NCBI GenBank assembly: GCA_965219535.1
Contig: CBDCNV010000001.1
Span: forward strand, 1,170,001 to 1,202,000
DNA from: Opitutales bacterium
GTDB taxonomy: Bacteria; Verrucomicrobiota; Verrucomicrobiia; Opitutales; PNEW01
Direction of reading: 5' to 3'
DNA length: 32,000 nucleotides
Below are positions 23,286 through 31,837 of the stretch, piece after piece; positions within the stretch are counted from its first letter, which is position 1, and the number at the start of each line of letters is the position of its first letter. Below the pieces are notes generated by a model that ran no database searches, was not told where the DNA came from, and saw only the letters and a program-made list of their open reading frames with translations. The position numbers and the translations under genes are program-made.

Positions 23286-24173
23286 TCAAGAAGATTTCTC
23301 TAAGGTATCCTTCAGGATATCTATCATTTCAATTAATGTACGATCTTTATCGCGCGACTCGAATGTTTCATCGGCCAGAGAAGACTTACCGACAAACTGG
23401 TATAATTCCGCTGCACCCTGGTATATTTTTGGTGTCAATCCAACGTCTTCAAAAGTTTTAGCAATCTCTTCCATCTCACCTATCCAGCGTCGCGCTTTGG
23501 TCGGCATGCCGGGAAGTCCGCGTTCCAATGCAGTATAGGGCTGTAGCTGACTTAATTGAAATTCTTCGGCTAATGGTTTAATAAGTCCCATTTTTGATGC
23601 GGCGACCAATAATTCCGTCGATAACGCGGCCGTTCCTTTTGTTAAAGCGGCATAGCACATTTTTAATCCCGAAGCCTGGCCGATCTCCGGTCCAACGACA
23701 CGTATATCGAGACCGTAGTTTCTCAATTCTTCAAATTTACCTGCATCCTTGCCCGAGGCGTAAAAACGTGTAGTCGATTTTTTTCTTGGTGGAGGTCCAA
23801 TAATTCCTGCATCCACAAATTGGTTGCCTGTTTCAGTTACTATTTTATTTATCGACTTAGTCGTTTTTGGGGCGATGGCATTACAGTCCACGTAGATAAT
23901 CTGATCACCGGTTGCTTTAGTCGCCACCACTACTTTCTCGGCCACTTTCTTTGCTTCCGCGGGGACCAGGATGGAGAGAATCATATCCGATTCACTCACG
24001 AGTTGATTGTAGGATGCAACTTCACGGATCCCCACCTCCTTCGCCAGCGATCGCGTCAACTCACTGCGATCCTCAAGGCAGGAGACTACTGGCATTCCCT
24101 CTTCGATGAGCACTTTCGCCACGACATGACCCATTTCACCCGGACTTAACACCCCCACTGTCTTCAACTGCAT
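23286..24173 (-). CDS. NAD(P)-dependent oxidoreductase (6-phosphogluconate dehydrogenase-like NAD-binding domain + DUF1932-like C-terminus)
   Basis: N-terminal Rossmann motif VGVLSPGEMGHVVA. 295 aa. GGAG SD (ggagattaaagaATG). Confidence 0.7.
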   Translation of the reverse strand: MQLKTVGVLSPGEMGHVVAKVLIEEGMPVVSCLEDRSELTRSLAKEVGIREVASYNQLVSESDMILSILVPAEAKKVAEKVVVATKATGDQIIYVDCNAIAPKTTKSINKIVTETGNQFVDAGIIGPPPRKKSTTRFYASGKDAGKFEELRNYGLDIRVVGPEIGQASGLKMCYAALTKGTAALSTELLVAASKMGLIKPLAEEFQLSQLQPYTALERGLPGMPTKARRWIGEMEEIAKTFEDVGLTPKIYQGAAELYQFVGKSSLADETFESRDKDRTLIEMIDILKDTLEKSS

Positions 24174-24251
24174 TCTTTAATCTCCTTCATCATATTTATT
24201 AATAAAATATATATCCCGGTATTTTTTCAAACCGAGGGTAGTATGATAAAA

Positions 24252-24268
24252 GTCAAAAAGTCAAAAGG
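24252..24268. repeat. GTCAAAAAGTCAAAAGG arm without a partner
   Basis: Same unit as 6387..6404 and 12689..12721. It shares the inner flank T(G/T)AAGACGCGAA with 12722..12734. Confidence 0.8.
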
Positions 24269-24310
24269 TTGAAGACGCGAACGCGCTTCTTTTATGAATA
24301 CTTATAACTA

Positions 24311-24524
24311 ACGCCCTGGAGGGGCGATACATTACTAGCCCACTGCGCAAGCTGTGGGATAGGAAGATTGATATAATTTCGAAGCCCCAGCGGGGCGACA
24401 CAATTACAGATGGAAGGTTTATTGTGTCGCCCCGCTGGGGCTGTTTTCTTACCTTTATAATTATCCCATAGCTTGCGCTATGGGCTTTGTTTATCACACT
24501 TCGTTTATCACACCCCTTCGGGGT
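24311..24524. repeat. ~210-bp composite palindrome of GC-rich hairpin modules
   Basis: The centre is a perfect 21-bp stem (24382..24402 with 24421..24441). It is flanked by CCCACTGC-GCAA-GCTGTGGG (24338..24357) and its mirror CCCATAGC-TTGC-GCTATGGG (24464..24483). Additional small hairpins are CGCCC-TGGAG-GGGCG and ACCCC-TTC-GGGGT. Confidence 0.85.
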
Positions 24525-24675
24525 TAAAAAATAACTATAACAACTGTTCATCATCCTTTATAAATTGTAAACCATTTCCTGACCTAAATCTGTAAACGAT
24601 GATCTGGTTGTACCTTTCAACTCTTATATCCTAACACCTAAAACTTAACACGCGCGTTAACGCTTCGCCCCAGGT

Positions 24676-25353
24676 TCAGGAAGAGACACTAGGTATATTA
24701 TAAAACCAGAGCGCAACCAATGCCCCTGATATAAATATAATAGCCAGTATAGGTATGCATGCGGATAACTTCAGCGCGCCAAAAATGAGATAGCGTAAAC
24801 CATTCAGACTCTCGAGGACGCCCGCGATAATTAATCCATAAAAGACGACGCCAAAACCGAGCATTCCGAGGACACTGGAAAAGACGAGGCTTAATGCGAG
24901 ACCACCAATAATACTGCCAATACCGATAAAAATGTGAAACAAACCAGCGCCTCGGTGTTCCGTATGCCGATTTCTGTTTACTTCTTTTATAAGCTGAAAT
25001 CCTATTTTTTCTGTCACACCATTTTCTGACAGCTCACGTAATATTTTATTCTTAGAAACTCCTTCTGCCATGCGTACGTTTATATGGTGGGCAACCTGAT
25101 CGATACTATATTTTCCCGCAGAAATATCTTCATTACCATAATCATCCCCTTCTCTTGAAGCTTGATTATTTGCGGGTTTACTTTTTGAACTGCTAAACTC
25201 TGTGATCTCATCTATAGGGACCCAGTCAGCACCCAGGTTTTCGTTCCAGACATAATCCTCAGTGGTCAGTGTCCCTTTAATTAAAAGTGACTTTACAGCT
25301 TCAGTCCCTACGGGTCCGACCTGTTCATCGTGCATTACATAGTACCATTCCAT
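24676..25353 (-). CDS. GYF-domain (DUF4339-like) membrane protein
   Basis: The N-terminus (WYYVMHDEQVGPV..L..G.LT.EDYVWNENLGADWVPI) matches the GYF_2 pattern. The C-terminal third has 3-4 TM helices. Confidence 0.65.
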   Translation of the reverse strand: MEWYYVMHDEQVGPVGTEAVKSLLIKGTLTTEDYVWNENLGADWVPIDEITEFSSSKSKPANNQASREGDDYGNEDISAGKYSIDQVAHHINVRMAEGVSKNKILRELSENGVTEKIGFQLIKEVNRNRHTEHRGAGLFHIFIGIGSIIGGLALSLVFSSVLGMLGFGVVFYGLIIAGVLESLNGLRYLIFGALKLSACIPILAIIFISGALVALWFYNIPSVSS

Positions 25354-25606
25354 TGGATTTTCCTCTTTTCTGTGTAATATTGAAAATAGCTCTCGCCATG
25401 CTGATCATTCAAAATAGTTAAATCGGAGAAATTAATTTTACCTTAAGCAACCACCCGTTTCATAGGGGATTCAAAATTAACCGAGCTTTATTTTTAACCA
25501 AAAAAATAAGGAAGTTGCTTAAAAATGTCTAGGTTAAATACCCTATTTATGTTCGGGGAGTAACTTTTAACATTTTTTTACCAAATACCCGTCATAAAAT
25601 TGATAT

Positions 25607-27064
25607 TCAGGTATTTACGGTTGGCCAGATCGCCGCCATCTTCCAGATATTGAGCGATCGTACTTTGGCATCCCCGCTTTGAGAAAAGAGAGACAGCGCG
25701 AGACTATCTGCACGGACGGGATAGATCCGTTTAGTCAAGCATTGCCGACTATTAGCAAAAACTTCGATTACAGAACGATCACAATAAATATGTAACTTTA
25801 AACTTTCTCCCGCTCGGAGTTTGAAGGGGCCTCGTTGGATACTCAGATTACCAACTTCCTTACTTAAGCTGGACCACTCTGGATCGAGTTCCAAACAGTC
25901 GCGTTCTTGATTATAAGCAATACGTGTAAACTCATTGCCATCGGGAGAGCACCGCACATTAATACCGAATTTTTTCGCATCGCACGGTTCAAATTCTGCA
26001 TCTATCTCAAGACAGTCTCCTTTAATTCCATCAATCATCCCACTTGTATTCGATGAGATTTGAAGGTTTGTATAGGAACGATGCTCACGCCGAAGCTGCT
26101 CCAATTCGGGTACCGGTTCAATGCAAAGATTGTTTTCATTGTCCAGCGAGAGTATTCTTGGAATGGATGCGATACCCGCCCAACCAGCCTCATGTTGACT
26201 TCTGTATTTGCGCCCTTCTGCGATCCAACCAAATAAAATACGACGACCCTGATCATCTTTCAAAGTTATCGTTGCGGATAAATTACCACTTTCGAGGTTA
26301 AAATCGCCGTAATTCATCCTGCCATGCTTCTCAATGTAAAATCGATGATCGCGATAGGTGCCGATATAATACTGTGGTCCTCGCGCGTGACTGGAGAAAA
26401 GCAACATGTGCTTATTTCCAAGCGGGAAGAAATCAGGTACGGCACAGTCGGACTCACGGGGTTTGCCTTCATATCCTTCATAAAAAGGATGCATGTAATC
26501 CCAATGAATTAAATCATCAGATTTAAAAAGGAACGCGATGTCACCAATCCCTTCGAAACTGCCACCAGAAAGTGAATACCAGGTATCACCGTCTCGCCAT
26601 GCACAAGGATCGAAAGGTTCCCATTCTTCCTGCCCTTTCGGGGGATGAGGAATCACCGGGTTAGCGGGATGTTTCTTCCAGTTGATTAATTCGTCATCAC
26701 CTGTCGCGATGCAATTACCCGCATCTTTACCGTAATAAATGAAAGTGGGGACTCCATCGTTATCAAAAGCACCTCCGCTGTAGCAGCCGCCCTCGTCGGG
26801 TTCGCCCGGGTTCAGTGAGAGGGCAACAGGCAAATCTTTCCAAACGACAAGATCTTCGCTTACGGTATGTCCCCAATGCATGGTGCCATGGAAAGAGCCA
26901 TGGGGGTTGTATTGGTAGAATAAATGGTATTTCCCTTTCCAATAGATCGCGCCGTTGGGATCATTCATCCAGTTGGCCGGGGGTAGGAAATGATAGAGAG
27001 GACGATAGGGATCAGTAGCCAGGTCGATACGACGGGCATCGAAATCATTATTCTTATCTGCCAT
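25607..27064 (-). CDS. glycoside hydrolase family 32 (beta-fructofuranosidase/levanase-like), cytoplasmic
   Basis: WMNDPNG nucleophile motif, WRDGDTW (RDP-like), a beta-propeller plus a C-terminal beta-sandwich length (485 aa), and no signal peptide. Confidence 0.9.
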   Translation of the reverse strand: MADKNNDFDARRIDLATDPYRPLYHFLPPANWMNDPNGAIYWKGKYHLFYQYNPHGSFHGTMHWGHTVSEDLVVWKDLPVALSLNPGEPDEGGCYSGGAFDNDGVPTFIYYGKDAGNCIATGDDELINWKKHPANPVIPHPPKGQEEWEPFDPCAWRDGDTWYSLSGGSFEGIGDIAFLFKSDDLIHWDYMHPFYEGYEGKPRESDCAVPDFFPLGNKHMLLFSSHARGPQYYIGTYRDHRFYIEKHGRMNYGDFNLESGNLSATITLKDDQGRRILFGWIAEGRKYRSQHEAGWAGIASIPRILSLDNENNLCIEPVPELEQLRREHRSYTNLQISSNTSGMIDGIKGDCLEIDAEFEPCDAKKFGINVRCSPDGNEFTRIAYNQERDCLELDPEWSSLSKEVGNLSIQRGPFKLRAGESLKLHIYCDRSVIEVFANSRQCLTKRIYPVRADSLALSLFSQSGDAKVRSLNIWKMAAIWPTVNT

Positions 27065-27108
27065 TACTTTATCCTTTGATTAACCGGAGGGACTACCAGC
27101 AATATCAA

Positions 27109-28293
27109 CTATTGAGAGGATTGGGGTCCGGCAAAACCCTCCGTTGCATGCGCCCTCATATATTCACGATCGAGGTTGATTCCAAGACCTGGTCGATCTG
27201 AAAGATAGAGATCTCCATTTCTGATATCTAATGGGTAGTCAATAAAAGGATTATAGTCACTTAAGTCGTACTTACTCGTCTCCAGTTTATAGAAATTCGG
27301 TACCGTCATCATCACTTGGGCTCCCGCGATAACGTTAATCGGCCCGCTGGCGTCGTGGGGTGAAACCGGTATATAGTAACTTTCCGCCAGGGTTGAGATC
27401 TTTTTAAGCTCACTGATGCCACCCGTCCAGGTCACGTCAGGCATTATATAATCAGCGAGATTGTCTTCAAATATAGGAATGAATTCAAACCGTGTGTATA
27501 GCCTTTCGCCGACCGAGATCTTCAGGTTTATTTTTTCCCGTACCTGCTTAAGCGCGTGATAGCTTTCAGGTGGGCAAGGTTCTTCAAACCAGAATATGTC
27601 ATAAGGCTCAAGCCTTCGGGCGAGATCAATGGCAGTTGGGACGTTAAATTTACCATGGGCATCAATGAGAAGTTCAATGCTTGGCCCTACTGCTTCTCTG
27701 ATTGCCGCCGTAATTTCTGTTGCCTCTTCTGCTCCCTTAATTGAAATCTGTCCATCCATGTAAGCGGCATTTCCTTCAGGAATTGCGTGCATGAAAGGGT
27801 CGAATTTAAATGCGCGATGCCCTGATTCAACAATAGCTTTCGCGTCCGCTGCCGCGGTCGCTGGATCCTCTGGCTGCGGTGGGTGACAGTATAGACCGAT
27901 TCGGTCCCTGACGGGTCCACCAAGCAGCATGTAGATAGGTTGGTCGAGAACTTTTCCTCGAATATCCCAGAGCGCAATGTCGATAGCACTGACTACGGCA
28001 CTTGCCGCTCCTCGTATACCGACATAAGTCAAAGACCTGAGCGTTTCCTGCCACAACGTTTCGATATGAGAAGGATCGCGACCGATAAATTCCTTGCCAA
28101 TTTCCCTGACCATGGAAGCCACAGCGAGATTTGCCGTTGGGCCGGGATAGGTTGTGATTTCCCCCCAACCGATCAGGCCTTCATCGGTGTTAACTTCGAC
28201 AAAGAAGTATTGACGATCTTTGGCGCTAGGTTCACCGACACGCTTCATCCATGGAACATTAATTATCCACGGGCTGATAGACGTAATTTTCAA
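27109..28293 (-). CDS. enolase-superfamily dehydratase (D-galactonate dehydratase-like)
   Basis: MKITSI.., TDEGLIGWGE, ALWDIRGKVLDQPIYMLLGG, DAHGKF, WFEEP, GERL, SPH. It is collinear with DgoD-type proteins as I remember them. Confidence 0.85.
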   Translation of the reverse strand: MKITSISPWIINVPWMKRVGEPSAKDRQYFFVEVNTDEGLIGWGEITTYPGPTANLAVASMVREIGKEFIGRDPSHIETLWQETLRSLTYVGIRGAASAVVSAIDIALWDIRGKVLDQPIYMLLGGPVRDRIGLYCHPPQPEDPATAAADAKAIVESGHRAFKFDPFMHAIPEGNAAYMDGQISIKGAEEATEITAAIREAVGPSIELLIDAHGKFNVPTAIDLARRLEPYDIFWFEEPCPPESYHALKQVREKINLKISVGERLYTRFEFIPIFEDNLADYIMPDVTWTGGISELKKISTLAESYYIPVSPHDASGPINVIAGAQVMMTVPNFYKLETSKYDLSDYNPFIDYPLDIRNGDLYLSDRPGLGINLDREYMRAHATEGFAGPQSSQ

Positions 28294-28346
28294 TTTCCAC
28301 TAAGTAATGGATTAAAAGAAAGAGACCCGATCAGCAAATTCTAAAA

Positions 28347-28523
28347 CTAAGAGCTTTCAAAAATCCGCATACGATTTTCTTCAGTTTCAAGTTCCAGTAA
28401 TGCTTTGATAAAATCTATGTTGTTATCAAAATCATGCTGCTTGTAAATATCCTGAAGTTCTGCGTACTTTTTTAACGTAGCTTCAGCTTCTTCTTTTGCT
28501 TTTTGTGCTTCCTCGTATTTCAT
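28347..28523 (-). CDS. possible small helical protein (58 aa), hypothetical
   Basis: My own translation is MKYEEAQKAKEEAEATLKKYAELQDIYKQHDFDNNIDFIKALLELETEENRMRIFESS. It lies directly upstream of, and co-oriented with, the dehydratase gene. There is no SD, and it falls below the ORF-track length cutoff. Confidence 0.3.
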   Translation of the reverse strand: MKYEEAQKAKEEAEATLKKYAELQDIYKQHDFDNNIDFIKALLELETEENRMRIFESS

Positions 28524-29106
28524 GAGTTAATTAATTGTTAGTTAAAAACCATTCGGTGCATATTTAGTCACTCAATTTAAAAGCAAAGTCAATACTTGAA
28601 CTAATCGGTGGAGATTTCATAAATGATACGCTACCTGGATAGCTATATACCATCGAATTATTTTAAGATTATTAAGATTCATAAAAGATTATTAGTCCCA
28701 CCAATGAGCGTAAATTGGAAGGGTTAAGAGACACGCTTTCAAAGCATGTCTGAGATATGATAGCGTGAGTATTAGATTTCTGTTCACTTCATTATAATAA
28801 AACTGTTGAACCTTATAATGAGTGTTTTCCAAGCTCATCATTTAGAGGAATTGTTGGTTAAAGAAATGTAAAAATGGAATCTTAATTGCAATGACTCTTG
28901 CTTAAAGAATCGCTTAATATATAAATAGTATTTGTTGTAAATCGTTGTATGGCAGGGACAGTGGAATGACAGATAGATTGAAATCGTTTACCGGGTTAAC
29001 TGTTTTTAACTGGAGCACAGATAGAGGTGGCAGGATAGAAAGGAGAATGACTTAACTCCAATTATTAATGGTCGATTAAGTAATAATCTAAACCGACTCT
29101 TAAATC

Positions 29107-29529
29107 ATGAAAAATATTTACATAATTGAAGACGATGAAATCGTGCGTAATCTTCTCAGCACGTATTTAAGTGAAATAATACCGGATCACAATATAGTGG
29201 GAATAAGTGAAGATGGCGTTGAAGCAAAAGACGACTGCGTCAGACTGAATCCAGATCTCGTAATCTTAGATCTATATTTGCCGGTTATAAATGGCCTTGA
29301 GATATTACATTTTCTAAAACGCAGAATGCCTGATACGAAAGTTATTATTTTTTCAGGTATTGCTGAGAAAAGGATTTACGACATTGCAGTCGAAGGAAAG
29401 GCCGATGGGTATGTGGTTAAAACTTCAGGGTTTGAAGAATTCTACCACGCAGTAAAGACGGTTAGCGAAGGGGATACTTATTTTAGCTCTGAATTACAGA
29501 ATCCAGGACTATCAACTGCGGTTTCATAG
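29107..29529 (+). CDS. response regulator, receiver domain only (NarL/FixJ-like receiver without HTH output)
   Basis: DD..(IIEDDE), phospho-acceptor context LVILDLYLP, IIFSG, and K in YVVKT. It ends just after the AVKTVSEGDTYFSSEL segment that normally precedes a LuxR-type HTH. Confidence 0.85.
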   Translation: MKNIYIIEDDEIVRNLLSTYLSEIIPDHNIVGISEDGVEAKDDCVRLNPDLVILDLYLPVINGLEILHFLKRRMPDTKVIIFSGIAEKRIYDIAVEGKADGYVVKTSGFEEFYHAVKTVSEGDTYFSSELQNPGLSTAVS

Positions 29530-29741
29530 GAGTGTTGTATTAAGCTAATTGAATTTTACCGGGTTACCCTTTTACCGTGCTATTAGCCAATACATTGTAA
29601 TCTGCTCAGATTATCACGTATAAATTTAGATAAAACTAAATCAAAGATCTCACAAACTAAAGTGAAGCGCGCTGCTTAAGCGAACTTCGCTTTTTTTATT
29701 GAGCAAACACTAATGAGTTCTACTCTGAGACTGTTGAGAGA

Positions 29742-30341
29742 TTAAATACCCTCTTTAATAAAACTTACAGCGGAGTCGTTTTCTTTGATAACAATTTCTT
29801 CCAGACCGTCTGTTTTTTCACCAATATAGGGAATAGCCGCCGCAGCCATAATCGGTAAATATTTTCTCAGATCTGAATTTTCATCTGAGTATCTTATATC
29901 AACACTCCAAATCTGGGTCGCCCTCTTTTTTTCAGCCAACTGCCGAATGTCACTCGATTCCATACGCAGGTGCTTTTCATAGGTTGTAACTGGGTAGTAA
30001 CTTTCTTCAACCATCGTGCTGGATCCGATAACGGGATCTCTGACTCTTTTAAAGCTTGTCGTTTGCGGTCCGCCCACTCCGCAGGAAATAGCGACAACCA
30101 TTTCCGCCTGATCAGGATCGGGTGATTCATAGTAGCCTTTGCCCGATAGTGCGGTTTTAATATAATCAGATGTCTCTTCAAATATTAACGGTTGATCATC
30201 TACGTTTATAACCGAGCTAACAAGTTTATAGGATTCAGGTAGGTTTCCCAGCAACTGCTGATTGTTGATAGCATCTACTTTAAAAGTGTAGGTTGTCTGG
30301 GTGCAGCCGCCGAAAATTAAACCGGCACTGATTGCTATCAA
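29742..30341 (-). CDS. putative lipoprotein; N-terminus probably mis-framed (see findings)
   Basis: Lipobox-like LIFGGC lies 9 aa after the TTG start. The frame stays open upstream through RRLNLLFLFL, but the only ATG (30379) is out of frame by 2 nt. Confidence 0.6.
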   Translation of the reverse strand: MIAISAGLIFGGCTQTTYTFKVDAINNQQLLGNLPESYKLVSSVINVDDQPLIFEETSDYIKTALSGKGYYESPDPDQAEMVVAISCGVGGPQTTSFKRVRDPVIGSSTMVEESYYPVTTYEKHLRMESSDIRQLAEKKRATQIWSVDIRYSDENSDLRKYLPIMAAAAIPYIGEKTDGLEEIVIKENDSAVSFIKEGI

Positions 30342-30881
30342 AAATAGAAAAAGTAAATTTAATCTTCGTGTGTGATCATCGACAAAAATTTCTGCAATTG
30401 TAGGTATTGTTTTAATTATAAGAATAATTAATGGTTAGTGATTTTAATATTACAATATCTACTCAAAAATGGCGACAATATAGTGCTAAAACACCTGTCA
30501 ATAAAATGTGAAAATCACTGATTACCAATGGGATGGTTCGATGGGGTGGCCGTTACTTGTGACCCTAACGCCTATAATTCCCAAGTGGCTGATTTTAGCA
30601 GATATACGCAAGAGTATAGGCCAAAATTTCAAGCCGAGATATTACTCATCCAAGGCGTGAGAAATGGCGAATGGCGCTGTGGCCATCTGGAATTTGAAAA
30701 AAAAGTAAAACCCAGGTTTTAAGCTCTATCAAATAGAGAAAATCATACCTTAAAAACTGCGGCTGTGGTTTTTAGTCACGACTAATGATTACTCAGTTTG
30801 CGATAACGATTCAATTGCTTACAGGAATAAATCCTTATAGTTTACGCTGTATATACATAACCAGTTGGATTTATTGCACAG

Positions 30882-30914
30882 AAAAACCGTCAGTTCACGG
30901 GTGTGAACTGACGG
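30882..30914 (-). terminator. rho-independent terminator
   Basis: Perfect 12-bp stem (ccgtcagttcac / gtgaactgacgg) with a 4-nt loop, followed on the minus strand by UUUUU. It lies ~55 nt downstream of the 30970 stop. Confidence 0.65.
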
Positions 30915-30969
30915 CGTGGTCGAAGAGTAATTAACCTCTTTTCTTACCTTTTTAAATAAATAGAATCAG

Positions 30970-31528
30970 CTAGCTGGAACTTATAGTTCTAAATTGAAGT
31001 TCCGGGATTAGCTTCTCTGCAGCGAGACGGGCAGAGGTTTTCAAATGTTCAATCGTCGTCGCCGGTGGATTGAAATCGATCGTAATATAACGCCCGACAA
31101 AAATACCAAGTTTTTCCTTTCCACCTGGTGAACTCAGGGTGGCAGATAAGCGTGTCTCAAATTCACCAAAACGGTTTATTCTCCAGGATAATAAACCAAT
31201 ATTCAGGACCGTTACATTATCCGGAGTGTCACTGCCGGAACGAACAAACTTTAAATCAACCGGAATTTCTTTGTTCTCAATGACCGAACTTATGCTCTGG
31301 CTTAGATGGTTAAAACGATCTTTCTCTCCAATGTCTGAAAGATAACCGTCTGTTGAAAATACGCCTGTTTGATCATTTTTTTTTAACGTATAGTGTATCG
31401 TAGGCAGATATTTTTACTCTACTATCATCTAGAGCATACAAGGATCCAACTAATGTAAACCCATGTGCAGATCCTGCTAATGTAAAAATAAGTGACGCCA
31501 GTATTACTCTTATCAATTTTATTTTCAT
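30970..31528 (-). pseudogene. secreted protein gene interrupted by a frameshift at an A9 tract
   Basis: ATG 31528 opens MKIKLIRVILASLIFTLAGSAHG..YVKKK, which stops at 31373-31375. A second frame then runs 138 codons without a stop and without any ATG/GTG/TTG start (KKNDQTGVFSTDGYLSDIGEKDRF...EKLIPELQFRTISSS) to TAG at 30970-30972. The junction is the T9/A9 run at 31376..31384. Confidence 0.65.
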
Positions 31529-31682
31529 TTCAGTATTTATTTTAAGTTAACAATATCAGGTACTTTTCATGTTATACCTGAATCTTACTTTCTTTATATA
31601 ATAAGAGGTAATTCGCTGGTTATTATTCCCTGACTGGCTATCCAGGTGACATGAAGATAAGACCAAATTTTGTATTGTATTT

Positions 31683-31781
31683 ATCTTCGTCTTCGTCCAC
31701 GTCTGCCTCTTCATCCCTGTAATATCAAGCTGTGGATAAGCATAAGAGGACGAAGACGATGAGGCAGACACAGACGAAGAT
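31683..31781. repeat. CTTCGTC/GACGAAG hexamer-periodic hairpin element
   Basis: Left arm atcttcgtcttcgtccacgtctgcctcttcatcc; right arm aggacgaagacgatgaggcagacacagacgaagat; 30-nt loop. Confidence 0.8.
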
Positions 31782-31837
31782 TGGTTACATTCTATCCACG
31801 CACACTTCTGCGCTCTAACGAGGGTTGTTTTAACTAA

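Noticed and set aside
29530-29741. Possible decayed LuxR-type HTH remnant downstream of the receiver-only regulator
   Set aside because: I translated all three frames. None gives a convincing match to the L-T-x-R-E..V-L..I-A..L-x-I-S..T-V..H pattern, and only scattered residues align.
30528-30722. 64-aa plus-strand ORF (MGWFDGVAVTCDPNAY...)
   Set aside because: It has no SD, no recognisable motif, and sits isolated between two minus-strand genes. It cannot be excluded as a real small protein, but the support is insufficient.
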